Source: Octopus sinensis (taxonomy: Eukaryota). From it: a stretch of 64,000 bases of DNA. Within the stretch, counting starts at the first letter, position 1; each line of letters opens with the position of its first letter. Where the stretch lies: contig NC_043002.1 of assembly GCF_006345805.1 (NCBI RefSeq), positions 8,680,001-8,744,000 of the forward strand. The letters are read 5' to 3'. A model generated the notes under the pieces. That model made no database searches and was not told the DNA's origin. It worked only from the letters and a program-made list of their open reading frames with translations. The translations under genes were made by a program, and so were the position numbers. Of this stretch, positions 1-12,455 are shown in pieces.

Positions 1-52
1 TTACTTATAAATTGATTATTATGTGGACTCATACATGCATTTATGTGTATAT

Positions 53-57
53 GTATG

Positions 58-88
<31 letters not shown>

Positions 89-340
89 ATTTATATCTAT
101 ATATATATCTATATATATATATATACTTGGATATGGATGCGTGGCATTCAATTAAATAATAATATAAATAATATATATATTTATATATTATTTATATTAT
201 TATTTATATGCATACATACATATATATATATATATATGTATATAAATAATAATATAAATATTATATATACTTGGAAATGGATGCATGGCATTCAATTAAA
301 TAATAATATAAATAATATAATATAATTTATATAATTATTG

Positions 341-376
<36 letters not shown>

Positions 377-390
377 TATTTACATATTAT

Positions 391-433
<43 letters not shown>

Positions 434-441
434 ATTATTAT

Positions 442-496
<55 letters not shown>

Positions 497-625
497 ATAT
501 ATATTATTATATATTATTTATATATATTATATATATATATATTTTATTATATATATATTATCTATATATTATTTATATTATTTATATATATATATATATA
601 TTATTTATATTATAATATAAATTGA
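53..625. repeat. Compound (TG)n/(TA)n/(ATT)n microsatellite with a duplicated ~50-bp unit
   Basis: Dinucleotide runs; 'atatacttgga(t/a)atggatgc(g/a)tggcattcaattaaataataatataaata' occurs at ~121-170 and ~265-315. Confidence 0.95.
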
Positions 626-707
626 TTTCCTAGACAAAAACTGAAAGAAGTCCCTCTTTCTCTCTCTCTCTCTCTCTGTACTCTTGCACACGCCTGTGCT
701 TTTCTCC

Positions 708-879
708 ACAACTGCTATGGCTAGTGTGTCATCCCTGTAACTTAGCAGTTAAATAAGAATGACCAATAGAATAAGTACTAGGCTTAAAACTGAAAGTACT
801 AGAGTCAATTCATTTGACTGAAATTCTTCAGGGTGGTATGCCAGCATGGCTACAGTCTAATGAGAGAAACAAATAAAAG

Positions 880-880
<1 letters not shown>
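708..880 (+). mobile_element. Decayed 3' half of tRNA-derived SINE family B
   Basis: Degenerate match to the family B tail (gaataagtactaggctt...ccagcatggc...gaaacaaataaaaga) seen intact at 1591-1775. Confidence 0.7.
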
Positions 881-912
<32 letters not shown>

Positions 913-916
913 TATA

Positions 917-1280
917 TTAAAATAGTGTACATTTAAACACAAAAGAAAACTACCCTTTAACAGGTAATTTTTATATGCTAGAAATAGCAGCCAACAAGGC
1001 CAAAACCATGATTTTATAGCAATTTTCGATATTGAAATCATCATTGGATAATATTGTTTTGCTAAATTACCTATTAAAGGATAGCAAATAATCGTATTTG
1101 CTAAAGAAATTCGAAACCATGTTATAACAGCTAATAAAAATAACAAGGTAAAAGTTTTTATTTTTCATTTACTTAAAAATTGCTATAAAATTGTAGTTTT
1201 GGCCATGTTGGTTGCTATTTCTAGCATGTAAAAATTACCTGTTAAAGGGTAGTTTTGTGTTTAACTGTACACTATTTTAA
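917..1280. mobile_element. MITE-like element with ~110-bp terminal inverted repeats
   Basis: 917-1026 (ttaaaatagtgtaca...ttatagcaatttt) is the near-exact reverse complement of 1176-1280. Confidence 0.8.
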
Positions 1281-1381
1281 AATATGAATATGTTGTCTAT
1301 TGACTATTTATACATGCTAGGCCACTAGTGGTGATATTTATAACAAATATTCGCTACCCTATATATGTATGTATATATATA

Positions 1382-1780
1382 GGCGCAGGAGTGGCTGTGT
1401 GGTAAGTAGCTTGCTAACCAACCACATGGTTCCGGGTTCAGTCCCACTGTGTGGCATCTTGGGCAAGTGTCTTCTGCTATAGCTCCGGGCTGACCAATGC
1501 CTTGTGAGTGGATTTGGTAGACGGAAACTGAAAGAAGCCTGTCGTATATATGTACGTATATATATATATATATGTATGTGTGTTTGTCCCCCCAACATTG
1601 CTTGACAACCGATGCTGGTGTGTTTACGTCCCCGTTACTTAGCGGTTCGGCAAAAGAGACTGATAGAATAAGTACTGGGCTTACAAAGAATAAGTCCCGG
1701 GGTCGATTTGCTTGACTAAAGGCGGTGCTCCAGCATGGCCGCAGTCAAAATGACTGAAACAAGTAAAATAGTAAAAGAGT
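1382..1780 (+). mobile_element. Full-length tRNA-derived SINE, family B (CORE-like centre, internal microsatellite)
   Basis: Box A TGGCTGTGTGG, box B GGTTCAGTCCC, CORE-like 'cttgggcaagtgtcttct', internal (TA)n, tail ending gaaacaagtaaaa; several copies in window. Confidence 0.85.
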
Positions 1781-2077
1781 ATATATATATGTGTGTGTGT
1801 GTGTGTGTATGTGTATACACACACACACATACAGAGTGGTGGGTGGGGGTGATAAAACTGAGTTTGTGAATGTTAAGCTGTAATGCAAAATATACAGGTG
1901 AAAGAAAGCAATGAGAAAAAGGTGATGGGAAAGCTGAGAAAAATGAGAATTTGTCAGACAATATTAGAATGTTATTTCTTAATGAATGGTACTAAGGGAG
2001 ATCTATCACTATGTAACAGCCATTCCTTAGTTTTCTTTTGCAACAGCATTTAAACATTTTTATCTTTATTTTATCAG

Positions 2078-2097
2078 TGATTCAAGCCTGTCTACAG
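2078..2097 (+). other. Candidate 20-nt microexon (unassigned gene)
   Basis: ttttatctttattttatcag|TGATTCAAGCCTGTCTACAG|gtaaat; strong splice signals, two open frames; no homology recognised. Confidence 0.2.
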
Positions 2098-2355
2098 GTA
2101 AATGTTGTATAATGATAATCTTACGCCACTCCAGGTGGTGCCCCCAGGAGACTGCCTCATCCCAGTAGAATAGCAGCACTAAAGTAGTAAGTTTGAAGTG
2201 GGGGTGGGGCTGGATGGTGCATTAGATGGGGGAAAAATAAGATGGCTGGGAGGGGTTGGAGGAAAACCTTAAATAGTAAAGCAGAAGATAAAAGGAAATA
2301 TGTATTGCCATTGCCTTCCGCGCACACACGCTCATGCACGTGCGTGTATATATTA

Positions 2356-2545
2356 TATCTTTACTACCCACAAGGGGCTAAACACAGAGGGGACAAACAA
2401 GGACAGACAAAGGGAAAAGGGATTAAGTCGTTTACATCAACCCCAGTGCATAACTGGTACTTAATTTATCGACCCCGAAAGGATGAAAGGCAAAGTTGAC
2501 CTCAGCAGAATTTGAACTCGGAACGTAACGACAGACGAAATACGT
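2356..2545 (-). mobile_element. SINE family C, 5'-truncated
   Basis: Matches full copies at 8510-8739 and 54330-54560. Confidence 0.85.
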
Positions 2546-3489
2546 TTCTGGTTGTGTATTTAGACAGTATTGTGTCCGACCAGAATGGATTTGGCTAAAC
2601 AGAAGCGTCTGAGAGCAGTTGATTACCTCTTTCTGACAATGGCTTTAGGGAACAGCAAACCAAATCACAAGTTGAAACTGTAGTGATGCAGCCATTGTTA
2701 AACTGCACCTGTGAGAAATTGGGTGAGAGAGAGTTTCCGAATTGCCTTTTCAAGCTAGATGATTTCAATATAAAACTGTTGAACCAACAATGGTTAAGAA
2801 CAATAGCAGAATCAGGCCTAAATTTAGAGGCTCTTTGTAAAGTAAACATTAAATTCATGGTTACTTCTGAGCAATTCGGAATCCACTTAGCATAACATGC
2901 AAATAATCTGATTAGATGGTTCAGTTCCTTCGATGGTGCTAGATTCTTCAAATTCAATAATGTCTGATATCTTTCTGGATTTGGTTCAAGCATTCCTTTC
3001 TCTATTATATGCCCCAGGAAGGGGGTGGATTTTAAGTCAACACGGTATTTTAATTTGTTAGGTTGCATGCCAGTTTGCTCAGCTGCCGACTGGAACTTAA
3101 CCAAATTATAGTCATGTTCTTCCTTTATTTCACCTTCAATGATAATGCCATCGATGTAACAATAAGTCTTTGGAAGAGACTTCTTGTGACTGAATGAATC
3201 TATGGGATGAAAGCTGGCGATGGCAATGACATCTGCACACCCAAATGATAGGCAAGTAAATTCAAACAGTTTGTTACAAGCTTCAAAACCCATCAAATGA
3301 AAATCCTCTTCATGCAATGGAATCTGGCTTCTTTCAATGACTGAATGTGATTCTTTTGAGAAATGATTGGACATGATTCTTCAGAGTAACTTATCAATGG
3401 TTAGCCGCAGGATAAGCGTCAATAGGACTGCAGCTTTTTATGGTGTTGGTATCGTTGACCACTAGCCTCAATTTATTCCCTCTTCATAT

Positions 3490-4585
3490 CACAAATGACT
3501 GCACACATCATACACTTCAAGTAGTGTTCTTACATTCCATTTGGTAATATTTATTGCTTTCCTACATCACATCTTACACTTCACTGGCTGTTGGAGCAGG
3601 AGCAAACCAGCACAGACCTTGTATAGGAATCTTTTGCCTTTGTTGTTTCATTTAGCAGAGCATTATCTACAGTCATGGATTAATACTACGTTATGGATAA
3701 TGCGCACAAACTTGGAATTCTCACAAACAATCCTGTAACAACCAGGTTGGTTTGAGTAGTGAGAAGGTCATTGCTTGATGATTACATGCTGGATGTCCAA
3801 TGCCGTGGAGAAGACTGTTCTGATGATGTTTCTAATCCATCATTCACTGTGGTCCAGTGCTTCCAGTTTTCATTCACTTCTGTATCACTTCCTTCTATCT
3901 TTCTATATAAAAGTGAGGTTGTGTGCTGTCTGTCTCCTACGATTTAGATTCCTAACTACTCCCACATTTTGCGGTGCAGTTTAACCAAAACCGGGTATCT
4001 TATAGTCATGATTCATATCGAGCCCTTCTGGGTATTAGCACGCATCTACGATGAGTCTACAATTTTAAAAATAATTTACCATCGTTTTTTTCCATTTTAA
4101 TGCATTTTTTCGCTATTATATAAGGGAAGTAACTCTCTAAAAATGTCTACGATGAGTCAACGATTTAAAAAAAAATTTACCATAATTTTTTTTCCATTTT
4201 TAATGCATTTTTTTGCTAATTTTTGGCTATAACTCTCTAAAAATGCTTATATAGTTATTTCCCTTACAAACCCGAGCAACGCCGGGCGATACTGCTAGTA
4301 TTATATAAAACTAACTTTTGCAATTGGCTAGTATCACTCTCTCAATACAATACTAATGTTGTCCAGTGGGCAAGGACAGGCCAAGACATGCTGGCATCAG
4401 TGTCTCATACTGCAGCAGCTGGCTAGAAGATAAGTTTATTTATCTCCACCCTTAGGTAATGCCACAGGTCACTATCTGGGAGTGGTCTGTCAAAGACATA
4501 GATACACATTATTGGATGGCCATTGACTCTCATGAGTTATTCCATCCTTTGTCAGGTTTTGTCTTTAGTTTTGCAGAGGGTATAA
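3490..4585 (-). mobile_element. Insertion in the Gypsy pol: probable 5' fragment of a non-LTR (RTE-like) element
   Basis: Minus strand encodes 'NITKWNVRTLLE' (APE endonuclease start motif) near 3520-3555; the remainder is non-coding. Confidence 0.45.
3985..4298 (+). mobile_element. Non-autonomous Helitron-like element (3' end clear, 5' end uncertain)
   Basis: Hairpin cccgagcaacgccggg (4271-4286) 8 nt before terminal CTAG^T (4295-4299); internal ~100-bp tandem duplication. Confidence 0.7.
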
Positions 4586-6188
4586 AATCACCCTCCTCAC
4601 CAAGCACTTCTATTTTCCTGAATAATCTCATTTTCCAGTATTCTCCTGATCTTGTCCTAACCCTAATCCCATTTTACAATATTCTCTTGATTTTGTCTTC
4701 AACGAAATTTCTATAACAATTTTTTCCTGATTTCATAACTACTGGTATTAATTTGGATGTATTCATGATACGCAGCAGATTCAAACATTGGCAATTTAAT
4801 TCTGAAAGAGGAATTCAGAGATCAGCTCACTATTACCGTCTAGATTTAGTGTTAGCACTTAAGCAATCTTAAAATAGCCATTCCTAATACAATTGGTGCT
4901 ACAAGTGACTTAATGGCATACATTTCCACTTTGTAATAGAGATCATCCCACTCTAGTATGACTAAATATGCTCCACGGATCTTAAATTGATTGTAATAGA
5001 CTAAAAGGATGCACTTTTTTGACACTGTCGGAGGAAGCCCAAGTTCTTTAGCCAGTTCTAGATGAATAGAGGTCCTATCTGATCCAGTATCCTGTAGAGC
5101 ATTTGTTGTGAAATCATTTACCAGAACTTTAATGAGTTTTTCTCATTCCCAGATGGCAGTCAGCAGAAAAATTGAAGCACAATTTTTTGTCTGTTGGATC
5201 GTTTTTATGATCTGCATTACCTTCTGTTCTGATTATGGCAACCTTCTCTTTGAAAAAAGCAGGTTTCTTTGTCATGTAAATGGTTGCTCAGTATCCTTTT
5301 CAACAACTGTTATTACAGGTAGAATTGTTGGCTGGATACATTGATTTTGGATGAAAAGGCTCACCACACCAATAGCGAGATTATATTCCTGAAGTTACCA
5401 GAACTGGAGGGCATGAAGGATTCATTCTCAACAAATTCCTTGCATTGTCATTGGCTAATTTCATGGTTAAAGCAATTTTTACTAATGGTTCTAGGTCATC
5501 TTCAGTAGACTCAGGTAATCCTTGATGAATGGTCAATGAATTTGTTCCTGAGATGAACGCATCACAAATTAGTTAAGTTACGATGTTGTTCTGCACTTAG
5601 AGATTGTATATTATACTTCCTTACAAGATTTTTCAGGTCTAACAGAGAAGCGCCACCTATCAATTAGTCTTCGACTTGCGTATGATTATATAGTCTGTGA
5701 CAAGCCATGATATAAGATGTTTTCTTGATAAACCTTTTATCAAAGTGATTGAGGGCTTCCTGAAACGAGGAGCATTCTTCAACAACATTAAGCTTTAGTG
5801 CAGCAGAGTACTACAATTATGGCTAAATACAATTTGGTGAATATTCTTGCCTGCTTAATGTACACATGTAACATTTTTCACCAATAACTAATCTTCTTCA
5901 GAAGGCTAATCAACAAGTGTTTTCTAGAAAATTGTCAGATTCCACAAAAGAGACACAGACAATAAGTATCAGGCTCCACAAAAATAATAAATAATGGGGT
6001 TGACTCATTTGACTAAAATTCAGCATGGCCACAGTCAAATGACTGAAACAAAATAAAAGATCAGGCAACTTAATGCTTTCAGTCAGTTTCAAATCATTGT
6101 AGATTCTTTCATTTCATTTACTCATTATTAAATATGCCAACCCCCACTTTCTCAGCTACCACCACCAGTACCACAAAAATAATATATA

Positions 6189-6528
6189 CTAGCTAGTGCA
6201 TGCATATACAGCTGTGTGCGTGCGCACATACATGCGAGTACTGTCCAAATCTCCGACCAATCACATACAGCCTAGCTGGCATTCAATTGGTGTATCAAGT
6301 TTCGGGCATTTTGATTGGGTTTGGGATAGAAAATTCACAAAATAGTCACTTCTACTGATTTTTTTAATGACTTTGCGGCGTGACTGGGGAAATGTAAAGA
6401 TGTGCACGACCACCCTTGGACGGTTTTGAATGACCATAGAAAGTGCGAGCCCTCTCACTGAAAAACTGTGGATTTGTATAACGGATACACACACAGACAT
6501 TTTGCCGTTTATATATATAGAGAAGAGA
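6189..6528 (-). mobile_element. Non-autonomous Helitron-like element
   Basis: Minus strand starts A^TCTCTTCTCTATATATATAAACGGCAAAATGTCTGTGTGTG and ends CTAG^T, consistent with an A^T insertion site. Confidence 0.55.
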
Positions 6529-7021
6529 TTTCTGGGGAAACCAGTTTAGTAGCGTACACTATTCTTGAATCAGAATCATAGAAAGATAAATCTGGAAACA
6601 GATATTTGCTGCTTTTGCATATACCATATAAATATATAAATAAATTAAACAAACAAAAGAAAAAAATAAATAAAAGAAACAAAGAAAATAACACACCAAG
6701 GAAGAAGGCTACAGACCACCTATTATTCCCATTCAGCATTGTAGCAAAAGAGTTCTAATCATGACAGACATGAAATGGTTGGAACTTGTCTCAGCATAAA
6801 ACATGAAAACTATCATGTTAGTGCTGGAATTACAAAAATAAAATTCACAGAGAGAGAAAAAAGAAAGAAGCGGGTGGTAGCGGCATGTGCCAAAACCAGT
6901 TAAAGTAAAGACAAATATGTCTCATGGTCAGAAGATACGCTTAAATATATCAATAGAAAGAAAGCTCTGTTGCTTAGATTTGCAACAGAATATGTTTATA
7001 CACATGTGAAAGAATGGCATA

Positions 7022-7025
<4 letters not shown>

Positions 7026-7093
<68 letters not shown>
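7026..7093. repeat. (GT)n microsatellite
   Basis: Pure dinucleotide run. Confidence 0.95.
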
Positions 7094-7095
<2 letters not shown>

Positions 7096-7792
7096 ATTCA
7101 TGTATGTGCTTACAATATTTATTTACAGTATTATATACTAATTTCTGTATTGTATATACTAACTTGCACACATGCACAAACAGCAATAATCCAAAATGAA
7201 TTCTTCCAAAATTATTTTTTAAACCAATATTGATTTATGTACATCTCTCTCTCTCTCTCTTTCTCAATCTCTATCTCTCTTTTGTTTCCGTGTGCGTGAG
7301 AGAGACACAGTGAGAGAATGTGTGTATGGGGGATGGTGGTGGAGTGAGCAGTGATCTGTCTTATATCAGGAATCTAAAAGTTTTTTAAAGATTTATTGTA
7401 CGTATAACAAACATTCTATATGAATTCCATTAATGAAGTACGTTTGAAAAAGAAAGAATGTCTCTTTGAATTAGTTAAAATACAGAGTGTGCACCTATGT
7501 TCCTGTGCGTATATGCGCACACACACACAGACACACACACTCACACACGCATGTGCACATGCACACACAAACAAATAAACAACACAAAACATTGCAAAAA
7601 TTATTCATAGACATTACAAAGAACTGTAAGTGAAACTTTGCAAGCATTATCTACAGATATTATAAGCAATATATTTTGATATAACCACTCTCTTTCTCAC
7701 TATACACACATACACACACACACACACACACGTACCTCGTAAGTACTACAAATCTCTTTCTCCCCCCCCCACACACACACATATATATAAAG

Positions 7793-7985
7793 TTAATCCA
7801 AACATGAAAACACAAAGAGAAAACACAACAACGCGAGGGCGTGGAAGAAGTAAAGTGTTATTGGACGCTCATTAAAGGAAAGAAAGAAGGAGGATTTTAC
7901 GTTTCGACCGGAGCTCTTCGTCGGAAACATAAGAAAAGGAAAGATCCAAGGAAGGGAAGACAGAGTAAAAAAATTTCCAATGGTA
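7793..7985 (-). mobile_element. Penelope-like pLTR remnant, family E, with hammerhead-like core
   Basis: Reverse complement of 51255-51450; contains ttt-CCGACGA-A-GAGC-TCC-GGTC-GAAA-CG-TA-aaa (7895-7927). Confidence 0.55.
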
Positions 7986-8169
7986 CACACGCGCATCATC
8001 ATCATCATCGTCATTTAACATCTGTTTTCCATGCTGGCAAGCCAGGGGATTGTGCCAAATTGGACAATACCATAGATAGAGAGGTGAGGAGTATTAGACT
8101 ATGAATCGTGAGAAAAATGGTTGACAGGGCAGAGAGAATGAAAGTGGATTCAGAGCTCTGCACATACAA

Positions 8170-9210
8170 GCATTTACCAATGTGGTTTTAGGATCTCCAT
8201 TCTGCTGTGGTGGGCAGGCCTTCTTGCATACAGCAAAGATCCAAACATCTCAGTCCTTTGTCATCTCCTCTGTAAAGTTCAGCATCCAACACTTCATCCC
8301 ATATCTTCCTGTGTTATTCGCTTCTGTAAGTTCCTTCCACTTTAAGTAATTGGTACCTCTTTATGCAACTGTCCTCATCCATATGCATCAATGACCAAAC
8401 CAGTGCACACAACATCTAATTGCTCTTATGCCTAACTCTTCCCTCAATACATTAGTACACTGTCATACATGATGTTGCACATCCAACAGAACATACCAGA
8501 TTCATACCTATTTCTTTACCACCCACAAGGGGCTAAACACAGAGGAGACAAACAAGGACAGACAAACGGATTAAGTCGATTACATCGACCCCAGTGCGAA
8601 ACTGGTACTTAATTTATCGACCCCGAAAGGGTGAAAGCCAAAGTCAACCTCGGCAGAATTTGAACTCAGAATGTAATGGCAGACGAAATATGGCTACGCA
8701 TTTCGCCCGGCATGCTAACGGTTCTGCCAGCTCGCCGCCTAGATTCATACCTCTCTAGTCTTTGTGTATCCTCTGCATTCAGGGCTCGCATCTCACTACC
8801 ATGTAGAGCATTACTGTATTTACACAAGCATCATACAATCTTCCTTTCACTTGGAGAGAGAGAGAGAGAGAGAAACACCTTTGGTTGCAATTCAGGTAAT
8901 AGCTCTCTGATTTTTCCCCATCCTATTCTTATTCTAGCGATTACACTTTCTGAACATCCTCCTCCATTGCTAATTAGGTCACTAGGTAACAGAAATTATT
9001 CACTACCTTTAGAGAGGCTCTGGGGCATTTGAGAAAATCAATTATCCTTGTATCTGTACACTTTATGGTTCTTGTGCATCCTTCACACACAAACACTGCT
9101 TTCGCTATTATTTTCCTGTACACAACACTGCACATGTTGTGTATCCATAGCTTGCACCAAATGGAATTTCTGTCTATCTTTCCTACATACTGAGCAGGGA
9201 CATTCACCGA
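8170..9210 (-). mobile_element. RTE-clade LINE lineage b, ORF2 C-terminal fragment with Cys-rich finger; interrupted by SINE C
   Basis: ORF 8974-9207 'CKLWIHNMCS...FVCEGC...LKVVNNFCYL'; downstream similarity to the ORF2 end at 39900-40380. Confidence 0.75.
8510..8739 (-). mobile_element. Full-length SINE family C with 12-bp TSD
   Basis: tRNA-like head ggcggcgagctggcagaa...gttcaaattc, central 'gaggttgactttggctttcaccctttcggggtcgataaattaagtaccag'; TSD agattcatacct at 8498-8509 and 8741-8752. Confidence 0.9.
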
Positions 9211-9808
9211 AAGTGAGAATATAAATAAATGGATCAGACAAATGGTTTAAAAGCACAATAATTAGACTACATATTCATTAACAAAAAATGGACAAACAGT
9301 GCCATCTACTGCATGGCATTTGAGATGTTTGATGTTTCCTCTGACCACAGACAGCATCAGCTAAAATTTGCCTCAGTCTAAGAAGATCAAACAAAAAGCC
9401 AGAAACCAAATTTAAATGCTATGACTGGTCATCTCTAACAAATCCTGAAATATGTGATCAATTTGCAATTACATTAAGAAGCCAGTATGAAACCCTGCAA
9501 AATACTTCTGAAACTGCCATTCCCAATGATAAATATGAATTTTTTTAACTGCACATAAACAAGCAGCAGGTGAATGCATCCCTCTGTAACCAAAAGTTAA
9601 ACAAAGTTCCCTGAGAAACTGCCGCTGTTATTGAAAAGCAAGGAATACTCAGAAATATTTCTATACTAAAAACCACAAACCCTACAAGATCAAGCCTAAA
9701 ACAGTTCACTAAAGCAGAGAAGGATTTAGCTTTGGAATATCGAAAAGTGCAAGAGCTTCATGTTCAAAAGCAAATTGACAACATCAAAGTTTGTATTGAC
9801 AATAAACA

Positions 9809-10363
9809 ATCATCATCATCGTTTAACGTCCGCTTTCCATGCTAGCATGGGTTGGACGGTTCGACCGGGATCTGGGAAGCCAGGAGGCTGCACCAGGCCC
9901 AGTCTGATCTGGCAGTGTTTCTACAGCTGGATGCCCTTCCTAATGCCAACCACTCCGTGAGTGTAGTGGGTGCTTTTTACATGTCACTGGCACAGAAGCC
10001 AGTCAAGGTGGCACTGGCATCGGCCACGTTCGGATGGTGCTTTTTACATGACACCGGCACAGAAGCCAGTCAAGGTGGCACTGGCATCGGCCACGTTCGG
10101 ATGGTGCTTTTTACATGACACCGGCACAGAAGCCAGTCAAGGTGGCACTGGCATCGGCCACGTTCGGATGGTGCTTTTTACATGACACCGGCACAGAAGC
10201 CAGTCAAGGTGGCACTGGCATCGGCCACGTTTGGATGGTGCTTTTTACATGCCACCGGCACAGAAGCCAGTCAAGGTGGCACTGGCATCGGCCACGTTTG
10301 GATGGTGCTTTTTACATGCCACCGTCGTGGAAGCCAATCAAGGCGGCTTCCGTGCCGGTGGCA
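9809..10363 (-). mobile_element. RTE-b 3' UTR copy (family A) containing five 67-bp tandem modules
   Basis: (GAT)n tail, 'ggaagggcatccagctgtagaaac' core; 'ggtgc' recurs at 9969, 10036, 10103, 10170, 10237, 10304. Confidence 0.9.
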
Positions 10364-11123
10364 TATCTATGGCGTGGAAAATAGTAAAGGAGGTAAGTGG
10401 AAGAAAGAGTTCCTCAAAATCTAAAGTGAAAGCAGCAAGGAAAGTTGAGCAACTCAAACTGTGGAGAGATCACTTGAAAAACTTACTTGGTAAACCACCT
10501 GAAGTTAAAAGGATCATTCACAATCAACTCAACATACAATTAGGGAGTTTTCTGTGGGTGAACTGGAAGCAGTCATAAAATCATTAAAGAATAGAAAAGC
10601 AGCTGGTTTGAACAAATCCCAGCTGAAGTTTGGAAAACGGGGGAATTTAATGACATTCTTCTTCCACTCTGTTATACTATCAAACCATATAGAGAAATGG
10701 AGTAAAGGCTGAATCCTCCTTTTTTTTCCAAAGGGAGATCTCAATGTCCAAAAACTCCAGGGATATTACTCTCACTGTCATATCTGCCAAAGTTTACAAA
10801 TCTATTCTACTCACTTGTATCCGAATGGAGATTGGAAAAATCTTGAGGTAAAACCAGAATGGCTTTTGAAGAAGAAATAGATTAACATTTGCCCAGATTC
10901 TTACAACCCTAAGAGTTATTGAAGGAGTTTGTGCAAGGGACCTGAAAGCAGTTTTCTTGGTTGTTGACTTTTCCAGGGCCTTTTACTTGATACACAGAGG
11001 AAACATGAAGAAATACTGCTTGCTTACGATATCCCAAAGGAATCTGTACAACATCACGATGTTGTATAGAAATACTGAATCCATAGTTCATTCTTCAGAT
11101 GGCAGCACAGAGTTAGTTCTTTG

Positions 11124-11522
11124 ACATCATCATCATCATCATTGTTCGACCGTGGTCGAGACAATGGAATTTACCATGCTACGCCAGACTTCACAGTCCA
11201 TCATGGCATTACGGAGGTCCTGTTGTTGGATGCCTGTATCCCTGGAGATTACATCAGGGTAGGAGAGTGTGCACCCTCTGGTACCACGAGTAGATGGCTT
11301 CCAGAGGAGAAGAGTAGAAATTACCTCTTTTTCAGCTCTACAACAATGTCCAGCAAACTGGACTCTCCTACCTTTCACAAGAGATGATACAGGTGGTAAT
11401 TTCCCATATATTTGTGCTTTGGTTGGATGACGCTTCCACGAGAGATTTTGAGCTCTCATAAGGAGGCGAGTGTAGGTTCTTTGACATAGTGGTGGATGTC
11501 CCACAAAGTGACATCTTGACAC
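11124..11522 (-). mobile_element. 5'-truncated RTE-a 3' end inserted antisense into the RTE-a RT region
   Basis: ORF 11139-11522 'SWKRHPTKAQIYGKLP...RVQFAGHCCR...W...TYPD...DLRNAMMD...WR' followed directly by (GAT)n. Confidence 0.85.
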
Positions 11523-12223
11523 CCTATCCGTTCATTAGGTCTAGGTTCTGTCCTAGGCACCTCTGTCAACGAGATGAAGGACAAAGGATTCATTCTTCAA
11601 CCAGCCAAAAGTAGACATTTTCCAAATGTGACCATCACAGATGCTGACTATACTGATGATTGGCACTGCTAGCAGATGAAGTTTGTGAAGTTGAATCTCT
11701 CTTGCACAATCTTGAAAGTGCTATTAAAGATGTTGGTCTCTACATCAACTCAGACAAGATAGAATATATGATGTACATACAATCAGAGCAGCAACATTAA
11801 CTCCTCATCTGAAAAATACTTGAAAAATGTTGAATTCATATAATTTGAAAGTAAAATCTCAATGGAAGATCTGTCTGCAAGTGATGTTCATGTCTGAAGT
11901 AGCAAAGCAAGGGCAGCTTTAAATAAATTATCAATGGTCTGGAAATCTAAGCTTCCATTAAATTTGAAAGGTAATTTCTTTCAGGTGTTTTGTAGTCAGC
12001 TGTTGTACGGATGTGCAACATAGACTCTAACAAAGCATCTTGAAAAGAAAATTAACAGAACTTATATAGGAATGCTTCAACCTGCTCCGGACATTTCCTG
12101 GAGACAACATCCAACATAAGAACTTCTGTATGGTAATTTTCCACCAACATCACATGTCATCAGAGAAAGAACAACCTTCACTGGACACTGCTGGAAATCA
12201 AAGGATGAGATCATCAGCAATGG

Positions 12224-12455
12224 ATCATCATCATCATCATCGTTTAACGTCCGCTTTCCATGCTAGCATAGGTTGGATTGTTTGATTGTGGGCTGGCAAA
12301 CCAGATGGCTGCACGAGGCTCCAGTCTTGATCTGACAGAGTTTCTACAGCTGGATGCCCTTCCTAACGCCAACCACTCCGAGAGTGTAGTGGGTGCCAGT
12401 CAGGAGGTACTGGCAACGACCTCACTCGCATCCTTTTACACATGCCACCAGCACA
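12224..12455 (-). mobile_element. Family A (RTE-b 3' end) copy
   Basis: catcatcatcgtttaacgtccgctttccatgctagc...ggatgcccttcctaacgccaaccactcc. Confidence 0.9.

Larger units (their letters stand above)
2548..5900 (-). mobile_element. Decayed Ty3/Gypsy LTR retrotransposon (gag-protease-RT-start of RNase H), interrupted at ~3490-4585
   Basis: Gag-like 'CDAFISG' (~5560), protease 'ALQDTGS' (~5090), pre-RT 'ILENEIIQENRSAW' (~4600), RT 'RLVV...DAYP', 'YCYIDGIII', 'FLGHII...PNPER' (ORF 2595-3374), 'LSDAS'; stops and frameshifts. Confidence 0.85.

Noticed and set aside
9969-10363. CRISPR-like array
   Set aside because: Units are contiguous near-identical tandem repeats with no unique spacers; eukaryotic context; no cas genes
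9852-10578. Recurrent peptides such as [12 protein letters not shown] and FYSWMPFL in many ORFs, suggesting a gene family
   Set aside because: They are antisense translations of the family A LINE 3' UTR, with frames and stops differing between copies
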